A stretch of DNA of 64,000 bases. It comes from the human T2T-CHM13v2.0 reference genome, Homo sapiens. Positions within the stretch are counted from its first letter, which is position 1. Each line of letters starts with the position of its first letter. Both the position numbers and the translations under genes were made by a program. The notes under the pieces are model-generated. The model worked only from the letters and a program-made list of their open reading frames with translations. It was not told the origin of the DNA and did no database searches. Shown in pieces: positions 24,601 to 36,665 of the stretch. The stretch is from the NCBI RefSeq assembly GCF_009914755.1, contig NC_060928.1, one strand, 5' to 3'.

Positions 24601-24715
24601 ACTTGTATAAAATTTATTTTCCCATTCCCAGTATAAAATAATTGGGTCATTCTTTACTCATGTATCAATTCAAATTTCTAAGACTCTATTTATCTCTTCT
24701 CCTCAATAATGTTTC

Positions 24716-25016
24716 TTTTTTCTTTTTCTTCTTTTTAGACAGGGTCTTGTGCTCTCACCCAGGCTGGAGTGCAGGGGCTGGAACACAGCTCCCTACAGCC
24801 TCGACCTCTTGAATTCAAGTGATCCTCACACTTCAGCCTCCAGAGTAGCTTTGATGACAGGTGTGTGCCACCAGGCCCAGCTACTTTTCTTTACTTTTTG
24901 TAGAGACATGGTCTTGCCATATTACCCAGGCTAGTCTCAGACCCCTGGGCTCAAGTATCCTCCTGCCTCCACCTCCCAAAGTGCTGGGATTATAGGCATA
25001 AGCCACCATGCCCAGC
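24716..25016 (-). mobile_element. AluJ (Jo/Jr-like)
   Basis: AluJ-type 'agacagggtcttg', 'cctgggctcaag'; flanking near-TSD taatgttt(t)ct on both sides. Confidence 0.93.
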
Positions 25017-25046
25017 TAATGTTTTCTATTTACCATAGCTTTTTGC

Positions 25047-25112
25047 ATATATATGTTATTATATATATGTAATATATATATAATATAGTATGTATGTGTA
25101 TATACTATATTA
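25047..25112. repeat. Degenerate (TA)n simple repeat
   Basis: Read directly. Confidence 0.8.
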
Positions 25113-25589
25113 TTAACAATTAGATCTAAAATATAGAAATAATTTTAACACCTTTATTTTCTGTACCTTCATAGTTAATCTCATATTTTCCAAATCTGTT
25201 AATGTGGCACTGGTCAGAGTTATAGCTCCAAAGAATGAGCATCCGCTTAGTCTCATAACCAGGACCCAACCTGCAACATTAATGTTACAGATTAATTCCT
25301 AATTCCAGTCTCACTCTTTCATCACCAGTTCTATCTTTGCACACTTACTAATCCCAATTATTTTAAAGCAAGTTGCTTAACCTGCTGTGGCAGTTTTCCC
25401 CTCTCCTTCAACTTTCTCTCTCTCTTTTTTTTTTCTTCTAATAATACCTGCCAAGTAAGAATCCCTTTCATTACGTACATCAAATATCCACTTCCTCCAA
25501 CAATTTTATTCAACCTAAGTATTCAACCTAAGGGCTTAGATTCATGGTCTGTCCTTACAATGCTGTTCCATCTTTTTAAAGCTAATTGC

Positions 25590-26227
25590 AATGCATCTAG
25601 TCATTTTTATTGCAGCACTATGTATAATAGCCAAGATACAGAATAAGCCTAAGTGTCTGGCAACAGATGAATGCATAAAGAAAATGCGCTATCTGTATAC
25701 AATGAAGTACTCTTTAGCCATAAAAAATAAAATCTTGCCATTTATGACAATATGGATGAATCCAGAAGACATCGTGGTAAGTGAAATAAGCCAGACACAG
25801 AAAGACAAGTACAGCATGATCTCACTCATAAGTGGAGTCTAAAAAAAAAAAAGAAAATACAAACATTTAAAAAAGTTAATATCATAGAAGCAGAGAGTAG
25901 AAAAATGTTACTGGAGACTAAAGACGGGAGGACGAAAAGAAGGATGAGGAAACTTTGATTGATGGTATAAAATTACAACTAGATAAGAGCAATAAATTCT
26001 GGTGTTCTGTTGCATGTAGAGCAAGTATGGTTAACAGTGAAATATCGTATATTACAAAATAGCTTGAAGAGTTGTCTTCGAATGTTCTCACCACAAAGAA
26101 ATGATAAATATGTAAGATAATAGATTCACTCTGAATGGATCATTGTACAACATGGATAGGTATCCAGGTATCAAATTATACCCCATGAGTATGTACAATT
26201 ATTATATGTCAATTCATAAATAAATAA
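25590..26227 (+). mobile_element. L1MA (about L1MA5) 3' end
   Basis: ORF 25591..25842 (IFIAALCIIAKIQNKPKCLATDECIKKM...) is a decayed ORF2p C-terminus, followed by an L1MA 3' UTR and 'aaataaataa'. Confidence 0.88.
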
Positions 26228-27919
26228 GATCACTAGATTTAATCAAGAGAATCTTATTGACTTGTTCTCATTTTAGAGTTTTAAAACTAGTCTGCCCTAT
26301 TGCAAACTACCTATTTTTAAAACTACTCTTCTCCTGCACAAAAATCTCTCAAAGTCTCCTTTCTCCTGAAAGAAAAATGACCTATTTAATTTACAAATAT
26401 TTCAAAAATTAGTGCACATTTTATATATGAAAAGAATGCTGTAGACTGATTTGCAAATAACATTCTAAGATTCCCATTACCTTTAAGAGGAGTCAGCTGT
26501 CATTTTGGAAAAATTAAGATTTCAACAATTTTACACATATGAAAATATTTTTGATAATGAAAAATGTTCAATCTTAAATCATGTAAATAAGTAAATAGAG
26601 AGATAAAATAAAGAGCTTAATGTTTATGTGATATTGAGAAAAAATCTTTTTTAAAAATAAAATACAGATTAAAAAACAACTTTGTGCTTTAACTGAAGGG
26701 TGTCCCTACTCCCTGATGTGTTTGAGACTGTCACAAACCTGAACCCATTTGGACAATACATCAAATAATCATTTTGCATCGTTTCACTATTGGGGAAATG
26801 AGAACTTCTTACATTAAATGAAAAAAAAAAACTGAAAAAGTAGTATTACTTTGTCTTTTAAGTGGCAAGATAGGGTTGATATGATGCCGAAGTATAAACA
26901 GTAAGGACTAAGTGAGGATGGAGGATATATGAATAAATGTATCAAAAGTCAAGAGAAATGATAAAACAGTCAATTCTGGGGAACAGTAGTAGAAGCTACG
27001 CATGGAATATGGTTAGACAGACAGTGATATTTACTTTTGAGTTTTGCTTATATATTTCTAACATTTCCTGATAGGACTGGCATTCTAACAGTTATTCTTA
27101 TTGTTATAAATTCTTTTAAAAATATTTTTTCTCCAAACATCTCAGTTCAAATTATAGAGTTAAAGGAAACTATGGTAATAAAATAAAATATTAATTATTT
27201 CAAAAGAAAAAGAGAAAAATTTGTACACTTAATTTAAAATTGTTTTCAGTCTTATTTTTGCAAGCAATTTACCAATAGATTTGTAATGCACAGTAATGTT
27301 GAATGGGTATTGAAGCTATTGAAATACAGAAGTAAGTTAGTTTTTCATTATGCTGTGAGTGATGTCCTGAAACACATTAACTTGATATTTTATCTATTGT
27401 TTAATATAATTCCCCATGAATTACATATAATGGTAATAGATTAATATCTTTGGAAGTACTGTAAATAATTATATAATTCAGCCAGGAATTACCTTGCTCA
27501 TTTGCTAACATTATTATATTCTTTCAAAAGCAAATAGCAAAAATAATTTTCAACTGACATACATATGGAATACTTACTCTTCAATTATCTCAAAATGCCC
27601 AGATTTTCTCAATAACTTTCCTATTGATTTAATTATAGGCATTAAAAATGAGTATTCTAGTACAAGAATAAATAGTGTTGTCTCTCCTTCGTCCCCCAGT
27701 ACTCCTAAATATTTACTAAAAATCTCAATGCTAATCAATAGTGGAAGTATTTGGTGCCTAATGATGGCATTCCATTCCTTCCTTGAAGTCCAATACACAG
27801 AGTAATAGAAATCTCATGAATGTGATTGTGTGAGGTGGCTCATAATACTTGGATCTATAGAGAGAATCACTTAACAGACATTAGTTGAATCAGAAACTAC
27901 TTCTCATTTCATTGAGTTC

Positions 27920-28821
27920 TATGCAGTCCCCAACCTTTGTGGCACCAGGGACTGGTTTTGTGGAAGACAATATTTCCATGGACAGGGGAGCAGGGGATGG
28001 TTTTAGGATTATAATGGTTAATAATAGATGTCAACTTAATTGGATTGAAGGATGCCTAGATAATTGGTAAAGAATAGTTTCTGGGTGTGTCAGTGAGGGT
28101 GTTGCTGGAGGAGATTAACATTTGAGTCGGACTGGGAGAGGAAGACCCATCCTCAACGTGGGTGGACACCATCCAATTGACTGTCAGCTTGGCTAGAACA
28201 AAGCTGGTGGAAGAAGGTGGGATAAGCTGACTTAACAAGTCTTCTGGCTTTCATCATTCTGCTGTGCTGGATGCTTCCTGCCCTTCGACATCAGACTCCA
28301 GGTTCTTTAGGCTTTGGACACTTGAACTTACAGCAGTGGTTTTCCAGGGGCTTTCAGGCCCTTGGCCACAGACTAAATGTTGCACTGCCAACTTTCCTAC
28401 TTTTGAGGCTTTTGTAGTTGAACTAAGCCTTTGTTGGCTTCCTTGCCCCTTAGCTTGCAGACAGCCTATCATGGGACTTCACCTTGTGACTGTATAAGTC
28501 AATTCTCGTTAATAAACTCCTTTTCATATATACATATATCTTATAAGTTCTGTCCCTCTGGAGAACCCTGACTAATACAGGGATGAAACTGTTCTACCTC
28601 AGATCATCGAGCATTAGATTCTCATGAGGTATGCACAACCTAGATCCCTTGCATGCTCAGTTCATAATAGGGTTCACATTACTATAAGAATCTAATTCTG
28701 TAGCTGATTCGACAGAAGGCAGAGCTCAGGTGGTAATGCTCACTCACCTGCCGCTCACCTCCTGCTGTATGATCTGATTCCTAACTAGCCATAGCTCATT
28801 ACCAAGGGTTGAGGACCACTG
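27920..28821. mobile_element. MER1B DNA transposon (hAT-Charlie), split by an MLT2A LTR
   Basis: 'gtccccaacctttgtggcaccagggactggtttt' ... 'gggatgaaactgttctacctcagatcatc' ... 'gggttgaggaccactg'. Confidence 0.9.
28010..28579 (+). mobile_element. MLT2A-type (HERV-L) solo LTR
   Basis: 'atggttaataatagatgtcaacttaattggattgaaggatgc ... ctggagaaccctgactaataca'; 5-bp near-TSD aggat/gggat. Confidence 0.92.
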
Positions 28822-29274
28822 TGTTAAAAGATAAACTAAGGCACAATAGAATTTTAAATATGTTATTTACACAATGATTTATGACTCAGGCAGCTCCAAA
28901 CCATAAAAGTGGCTTAAGAGCTCCACTGAGGGAGCACAGGGGGAGGCTTTTAGAGGACAGGCACAGAAGAAAACTAAAGGTAATGTTTGACTATTTATAG
29001 TTGTACAGTTATTTGTACCTTATTTGGTACCAAAGTTGTACCTTACTAGGTCTATCCCATTGGAAAGTCTTCAGTTATATGATTATGTGTGTTGGCTACT
29101 TCTGATTGGTTGAACTTAAGTTCTGTTTTTCTTTAACATAGAAATTGATAAGAATAGCTCAAGTTTCCCTTATATCTGTAGATCAATCAAGGTTTAGATC
29201 ACTTATGATGCCTAACTGCTTTTGTCTGCTCAGAAATTCTTCAGGCCTGGACTCCATTTTAATTTACTTTAATG
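28822..29274 (-). mobile_element. MER57/MER93-group ERV1 solo LTR
   Basis: Starts 'tgttaaaagataaactaaggcac', contains 'ctgattggtt', ends 'ctccattttaatttactttaatg'; possible TSD actg/attg. Confidence 0.6.
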
Positions 29275-29506
29275 ATTGTTACTTTAAATTTGGATTAAAC
29301 AGTGGATTCATATGTACTGAGTGGAAAAAAAATGGAAATAGATGTTATAAAATTTATTTGAAATCATTCAGCCAGGATGTTTTAAACAGCATAAATTAGC
29401 AGAATTACCAAAAACACATTTTGAAAAAACCTTGAAGCAATTTTAATGTATTGCAAAATGTTAAGGAGACTAGTGGGACAAAAACTTAAAGGTTGAGTTT
29501 GAGATA

Positions 29507-30297
29507 TGATGCAGGGTTTTTTGCTCCTTAGCCCAGCTAGGCCTAAGTTCTGAAGAAGTAGGCACATGGACACTCAAAGAGTAAGTGTAGTAGAATTTAT
29601 TTAGTGAAAGGAAAGCTCTCAGCAAAGAGAGGGGTCCTGATGCCAAGTTCTTGGTTGCCCCCTTAATGGTTGAATACAAGGGCATTTTTTTTTTTTCTTG
29701 AGACAGAAACTCACTCTGTTGCCGAGGCTGGAGCGCAATGACGTGATCTCGGCTCACTATAACCTCTGCCCTCCAGGTTCAAGCAATTCTCCTGCATCAG
29801 CCTCCTGAGTAGCTGGGATTACTGGCACACGTCACCAGGCCCGGATAATTTTTGTATTTTTAGTAGATATGGGATTTACCATGTTGGTCAGGCTGGTCTC
29901 CAACTCCTGATCTAGTGATCTGCCCGCCTCCGCCTCCCGAAGTGTTTGGATTACAGGTGTGAGCTACCGCACCCGGCAACAAGGACATTTTTATACAAGC
30001 TGATAGGGCTGTGAATTCCTGGTTGTATGAGACGTGAATTCCTGGTTGCTCCACTCCATCTTTCCGGTGAGTTATGTGGGCCCTTAGTCTGTGCCGCTCC
30101 ATATTGATTTATTTCCCTTAATGCACATATGTTAAGGAACGAAATTTTCCACTATGGGCATGTTTAGGCAAGCTCCCTTAGCAAGTACCCTTATCTGCAC
30201 AAAATATTTGGTATAAGCACCTAGGGGGTGGGTAGGAGGTTCTCCAGGGGATCCTTTCCTGACTGTCTCCCTAAAGCAAGTTGGCTGACTCCTTTCA
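29507..30297 (-). mobile_element. 3' LTR of the provirus (contains an AluS)
   Basis: TG...CA ends; aligns by eye with 36265-36665. Confidence 0.92.
29690..29978 (-). mobile_element. AluS inserted in the 3' LTR
   Basis: Complete antisense Alu; TSD acaagggcatttt/acaaggacatttt; the 5' LTR shows the empty site. Confidence 0.95.
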
Positions 30298-30308
30298 TTC
30301 CTCCCTTC
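30298..30308 (-). other. Retroviral polypurine tract (gaagggaggaa)
   Basis: Purine run immediately upstream of the 3' LTR on the minus strand. Confidence 0.8.
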
Positions 30309-30357
30309 AGGAGTGGAGACCCCAAATTCTGTTGGGGAAAGTGTACAACTACTGCTC

Positions 30358-30540
30358 TTAACTGCTTCCTGCCGACAAGGGGTGCTGTTTTGGGAAAGTG
30401 GCAGTTAAGGCTCCTCCTGAGGTCAGTTTAAGGGTCCCCAAAGAGAACGGTGTGTTCATGAGTGGTTCTGTTTGCATCACCATTTGAAATTGAATGGCCT
30501 TTAAGTGAGAAGAAACAATTTGGGTTATTAGAGGACACAT
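30358..30540 (-). pseudogene. Remnant of ERV1 env TM cytoplasmic tail
   Basis: Translation ...VSSHLKAIQFQMVMQTEPLM...HPLSAGSS* resembles HERV-W/ERV9-type Env tails (VSSRIEAVKLQ...EPKM...NSAGSS) and lies just before the PPT. Confidence 0.8.
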
Positions 30541-33052
30541 TCAAAATGAAACAAAGGGATAAGGACAGCTCAAAACAAAACAAAACAAAAATCTCAAGGC
30601 TGCCAATACAGCCAGATAACTCGTGGCTATAGTTATGCCTGCTAAGGTTTGTATTCATGGGGCTTGGCTTTGATTAGCTCCCTTGGTCTTATTTTCCCAA
30701 ACAAAGAAACCTCTGGGTTATGGGCACGTATTTACTCCTATCACCTGGAAGGATTTGCAGGATAATTGTTCAGAATTAAAATATTGATCCAGATTTTTTA
30801 TATTACTCATCTCTTTGGTTCTTTTGAGCTGCAGCCATACATTGCTGGTTGGTCCAACAGGAATAAGCAGGGTAGTCTAAAAAGTAGGCAAAAACTTAAA
30901 AACAACTAATGGGATTATAATGTAATGACAAATGTAGAATAAGTTTTGAAACATAATTTCTCTCTCTCCAGTCCTCATTTTTGTCAAAAACAAATCATGA
31001 TAGGACTCAGTTGTTTGAAAAATAAACTTTAGCCTTATACTTGTCTTATTTGCATAAAGTGCAACAAGAATAATTATTTTTCCCATAGGATTTTAAATTG
31101 GCTTTGATGGAACTCTGTTCCATAAGGAATCTCAGTTAAGACCTTTTAAGGCCAAGCCCAGCCATGGGTTTCCATCCTCAAATATCTACGAGTTTGGTAA
31201 ATCATTCTCTTCTTGATGTCCCAAGAACAAGCTTTTTAACAGGCCCAGGAGCTTTTTAACAGGCTCCTAGGCCTGTTAAAAAGTGACATGCTTTACTCCC
31301 CACGGGTTAGGAACCTTGTACAAGGACTGTGTTGACAAGGTATGTAGCCAGTTTTCCCAAGGGACTTTTATTGGCAAGTCCAGCTTAATTACTTAAAGGA
31401 ACATATACCCTTCCAGTAAAAGCCTCGGTAAAACCACCAGTTTCTTCAATCGTGTCCTGTTGCAAAAGAAAATGTATTCTTATTGCACTGATGAAAATAA
31501 CTGTATTGCCATAAATTAAATATTCTCACAAATAGTTTCCAAATTCTGGCAAAGCCAGGCAGAGAGAAACAAACGTCCTTCAAATTTTGTTCACAGGCAT
31601 ATAGTTTACTCAATTATTAAAGGCTTTAAATAGTTCAAAATAAGTATCCTTGACTCAGAAAAACAAAGCAAGGATCACCAAAGTTTTAAGCAAAAAGGTT
31701 AAAAATAATACTTGTTTTCTATTAGTTCAATCCATTCTGTTCTCTTGTTCTGCTTGATATTCATGAACATTTCAGTTCTTCATGAGTACTGTATTTTTTT
31801 CAATGTCATAATCTCCAGAGTTAATGGAATCTTGCATTGAGAACACTTGTCAAAATCCTATAGCTGATTATAAATCATCTTTTGAGTAGGATCAAAACAA
31901 GTCATTTGTCTGTGAAAGATGAAATGTCCAGGGTAGTTACTGTCAAGAATACAATTGACAAAGAAATTTAGTTATTTCTAGGGTTTACAATAACGAAACA
32001 TAATAACCTTAATCATGATTGATAGCATATACTCAGACATTAGAATTTTAGAAATCTCATATAATTTTGAAACATATTAATATTATTCACTAAAATATAA
32101 CCTAAAGAAGATTAAATATAACTTTGGAAATACCATATAACTAAACATTTCAAAAAATCCAGTTTTCTTCTCTTTTGGATGTTCCAGGGACCAGGAAAGA
32201 CAATTTTGAAACTGAAGTTTGATTTTGGGAAGCCTGTTACATACGTTAGAGGTTCAAAGCACTTGATATTATAAAATAGAATTCCAAGTTACCATATGTC
32301 ATTTATTTTAGCCAAAATGATGACTCAAACATTTTAAAACAACGCAAAAGCATATTCACAGTAAGAGGGAAAACTTAGCTTTCCAAACAATCTGTCGTTA
32401 ATTTTACAGGGAAATCCTGTTCAAGTGAAAGCCTAATTTCATCCTTGCATTAGTCTACTGCTGATGTCAACCCCAATTTTTTTAATGAAAACTTATAGAC
32501 AATTATATCTAATCTTATCTAGGTTGACCATGAGGTGAGATTTTTTTAAACTTTTATAACCCTTTACAAATTGTTGTTAAAGAGCGTATCAGTGCCTTTA
32601 GAAAACCTTGTTGTGCTTTTATTTCAATGCTCAATTTACAAAAACAAAATACTTTTTTGAAATTAGTCAATATGTTCACACAATTTCTTTTGCAAGATTA
32701 ATTTTTACAAACCTTTCACCATTTGTTTAAACCTTCAGCTTTATCTTATCTAATTCAAAACAATCCTTTAACCCAAGGCAAAAATTTACATTTTCATGCA
32801 TTCTTATAATCTTTTACTAAAAATATATTTTACTTTCCTTACTTACGTTATATGTAAATCTATTTTCATTGTCTCTATTACAGGTTATTATGGTAACTGT
32901 TAGCAATTTTTAACTTTAATGTAAAACCTGGCAAGTTGCTTTAATTATGTAGTAGGCATAAATAAATTCTGATTCCTTCCTGCATAATTAAGGGTGTGGT
33001 TAATTCCATATGTCCCTGGACTTATTAATTGTGAAGCAGGCAAATTGAATAG

Positions 33053-33416
33053 TGTATTAGTCAATTTTCATGCTGCTGATAAAGACAATCTTGAGACTGG
33101 GCAATTTACAAAAGAAAGAGATTTAATTGGACTTACAGTTCCACATGGCTGAGGAGGCCTCACAATCATGGCAGAAGGTAAGGGGGAGCAAGTGACATCT
33201 TATGTGGATGGTAGCAAACCAAAAAAGAGAGCTTGTGCAGAGAAACTCTCATTTTTAAACCATCAGATCATGAAACCCATTACTGTCACGAGAACAGCAT
33301 AAAAAGACCCACCCTCATGATTCAATCATCTCCCACTGGGTCCCTGCCACAACACATGGAAATTACGGGAGCTACAAGATGAGATTTGGGTGGGGACACA
33401 GAGCCAAACTTTATCA
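33053..33416 (-). mobile_element. THE1B-type solo LTR nested in the provirus, perfect 5-bp TSD (aatag)
   Basis: aatag at 33048-33052 and 33417-33421; 'tgtattagtc...gctgctgataaagac...ttatca'. Confidence 0.95.
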
Positions 33417-34681
33417 AATAGTTCTTAAAAGCCAAAGAAGCAGTTAATAACTTTGAAGCATTTAGCTAACCTAGTGTCTGACCTACATGATTCAGCCCAC
33501 ATATTTACGTTTTAAAGACATTTGTATTTTACCAATTATTTTTAAAACTGCCTTTATTTCTTAAAGATTATAATCATGTGAACTCGAAAGGTATTACAGC
33601 TTTTATTTTTCTTCAAAAAATATTTGATCTAAGTGCTTATTTTCCTAGAGCTTTTTTATATAAACATCATGCCCATAAGAAATATAAAATTACACAGATG
33701 AACAAAAGCAAATTCAGTACTTGTAAGATTTTTCATTTGCCAATCTCCTGAATAGATTATTGGCCTCTGGGTGAAGCCCTTCAAGAGCAGGGCCTAGGAC
33801 AGCCTACAGTTTCTAGGGCCTAATAAACAGGCATAGCTGGAAGACAGAGATAGATTTTGAGAAGGATCTATCCACTTTTAATTCCTGGGGTTTCATGAGG
33901 AAAACAGAGGGTGTTTTTTTCCCCAAAATGGGGTCTGCGGCACCTTCTTTGTTTTTTCCCAGGAGCCCCAGGCTATCAGAAGTTATCTTAGAGCCTCTCA
34001 TGTATGCACTGAATGACAAGACAAAATGGGAAAAAAAAAATCATTCAACAGAGAAAGAACCTTTTTCCAGAAAAACAAGATCCATGCAGAGAAAAATTTA
34101 AAGGCCTTTAAATATACCTATAACTTGGATATCCATTTTAATTCAGCTGTGCTCTAAGAAAATCATTTCAAATCTATTACCCAACTTTAGCCATGCCGAG
34201 CAGCCAATATTTCTGGCTTTTGAACTTTATTAAAAATAACCTCACAGGTGAAACCAACAAGCCTCAACTAAGGTTATGACTTAACTGTAAGTGTAAAAGT
34301 TATTTTCAAAGAGGTGCTAAGCAGTTTTTACAGAAACTAAGATCTTTAAAGTTGGTTCAGACAAAGGAAGATTTAAGAAAGGAAGCTAGAAGTTGTTTGT
34401 AGAGGGGAAGAGAATCAGCAAATGGTAAAAGTCACACAGATATTAACCAAAATATACTCATTCCCTATGTTTTCAAGTGGTTACAAGGTCAAGCTCCTAA
34501 GGACATAAAACAAGATGAAGAACTGCAGCAAGGTTTGTTACTGACCAGTTTGCCAGGCTGGCTTGATCAGCAAACTTTTGGGGTCCTAGGCCTACATTCT
34601 ATCCTAAGGTACCCCTCTTTATGACAGAACTATACAGAAAGACACACAAAGCACACTACATTGGCTACAGCTTAAGACTAG

Positions 34682-35133
<452 letters not shown>

Positions 35134-35209
35134 CTGGTAAGAACTTTTACCCTTTTGCTGGTGTACCAGGCTTCTGAGTTGCCCTTTTTCATGCTCAGTT
35201 TTGAGCCAA

Positions 35210-35299
35210 GCAGTTTAAGGTTTGGGGAAATTAACTTTTCCCAGTTTAAGGGATGCATCCGAAGGGAGTGTCCTGTGGTACAGAGACACAATGACCCAC
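35210..35299 (-). pseudogene. Frameshifted remnant of ERV1 gag matrix N-terminus
   Basis: Minus strand reads (V)GHCVSVPQDTPFGCI, then after a frameshift NWEKL..PQTL; resembles HERV-W/ERV9 Gag starts (PL.CIL.NW..FDPQTL). Confidence 0.65.
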
Positions 35300-36260
35300 C
35301 CACAAAGAGAGGACAGAGGAGGAAAAAGGAGAAAGAAGGTGTTTTTTCAGAGGAGTCCTAGTGATTCAGGAGGCAATCAAGAGAAATATGGGCTGCAGAT
35401 GATTGGTTACCCACCTAAGAAGAGGGGAGCAAGGCATCCCTCGTTTCTTCTTTTTCCTAGTAAATACCTGAGGTACATGAGGGAGAGGAGAAAAGTGTCC
35501 TCTTTCTTTCTTCTGTTCTTATATCCCTGAGTCCTGGTGATCTTGGCAGGTTACCACCCATGGGTGCCAATGCAGCTTTCACCTATGTTAACAGGGGCCT
35601 TACAGGGTGCGAGTTATCCACCATTACCCATGCGCTGCTAGTCCCACTGTTGTCGATAACCTTTGAGTTCCCTAGATTTCATGCATGCCATGGATACTAG
35701 AATGACCTCTATCCACGAGATGGAAGGGGGCCTAATCGGCAGAAATTAGTCATGCTAACCTAAAGCTTTGGAGCTGGGTCTTCCTTAACCAAGGGAGAGA
35801 AAAGGCTATCTTGGGAATTGGGGTCCTGGCCTAATAAGAAAAAAAAAAAAAAAAAAAAAACCTCTCATAAAAGTTAACTCCTTACAAAGTGGAGAAAAGA
35901 AAAAAAAATAAAATAAAACAGCTTAAGTGCAGGGTGGGGAAGATGCCTGGAGGAGAAACCTTTTATTTTTATGCAAATGAGTTCCTCCAATAGGGAGAGA
36001 ACATTTTAATTGCTGTCTCCTCCTTTCTGGCTCAGCCAGGGGAGGAAAGACACTGTGGGTGCATGGGGAGAGGGAAGAGTGAGCAGGAAATGCTGGCCAC
36101 CTAGGCAAGTGGGGCCCTTGGGTTATGTGCCCCAGCCGGGAGGGGAGGGAGGTTGGGAGATGCCACTCTCCCATTTGTCTCACATGTGTACCTGTGGCCA
36201 TTGGAGGTTGGGGTAAGGGACATGTCTCTAAAAACGGAGGGAGAGCACATTGTTCTGAAT

Positions 36261-36665
36261 TGTATAGAATTTATTAAGTTAAAGGAAAGCTCTCAGCAAA
36301 GAGAGGAGTCCTGAAAGTAGGTTCCTGGTTGCCCTCTTCACAGGTGAATACAAAGGCATTTTTATATAAGCTGATCGGGCTGAGTTCCCTATTTGTATAA
36401 GGCATGAATTCCTGTAGGCTCCACTGCATCCTTCCAGAGTGCATGCAGACCCTTAGTCTGAGACATTCCATATTGATTTATTTTTCTTACTGCCCATGTG
36501 TTAAGAAACAAAATTTTCCACTGCGGGCATGTTTAGGCAAGCCCCCGGAGCAAGTACCCTTATCTGCACAAAACATCTGGTATAAATACTTGTGGAGCAG
36601 GTAGCAGGTTCTCTGGGGGGAACTTTCCCTTACTGTCTGCCTAAAGCAAGCTGGCTAACTTTTCA
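36261..36665 (-). mobile_element. 5' LTR of the provirus, lacking its U5 end and the primer-binding site
   Basis: Matches the 3' LTR only from 'tagaatttatt' onward; the ~80 nt equivalent to 29507-29585 is absent. Confidence 0.9.

Noticed and set aside
30011-30048. 15-bp direct repeat gtgaattcctggttg present in the 3' LTR but not the 5' LTR
   Set aside because: Simple local slippage or conversion between two already similar motifs explains it.
35971-35978. Octamer ATGCAAAT sites (also near 1960, 11054, 11271, 62109)
   Set aside because: Scattered, unclustered and not surprising in AT-rich DNA; no clean SOX-OCT composite.
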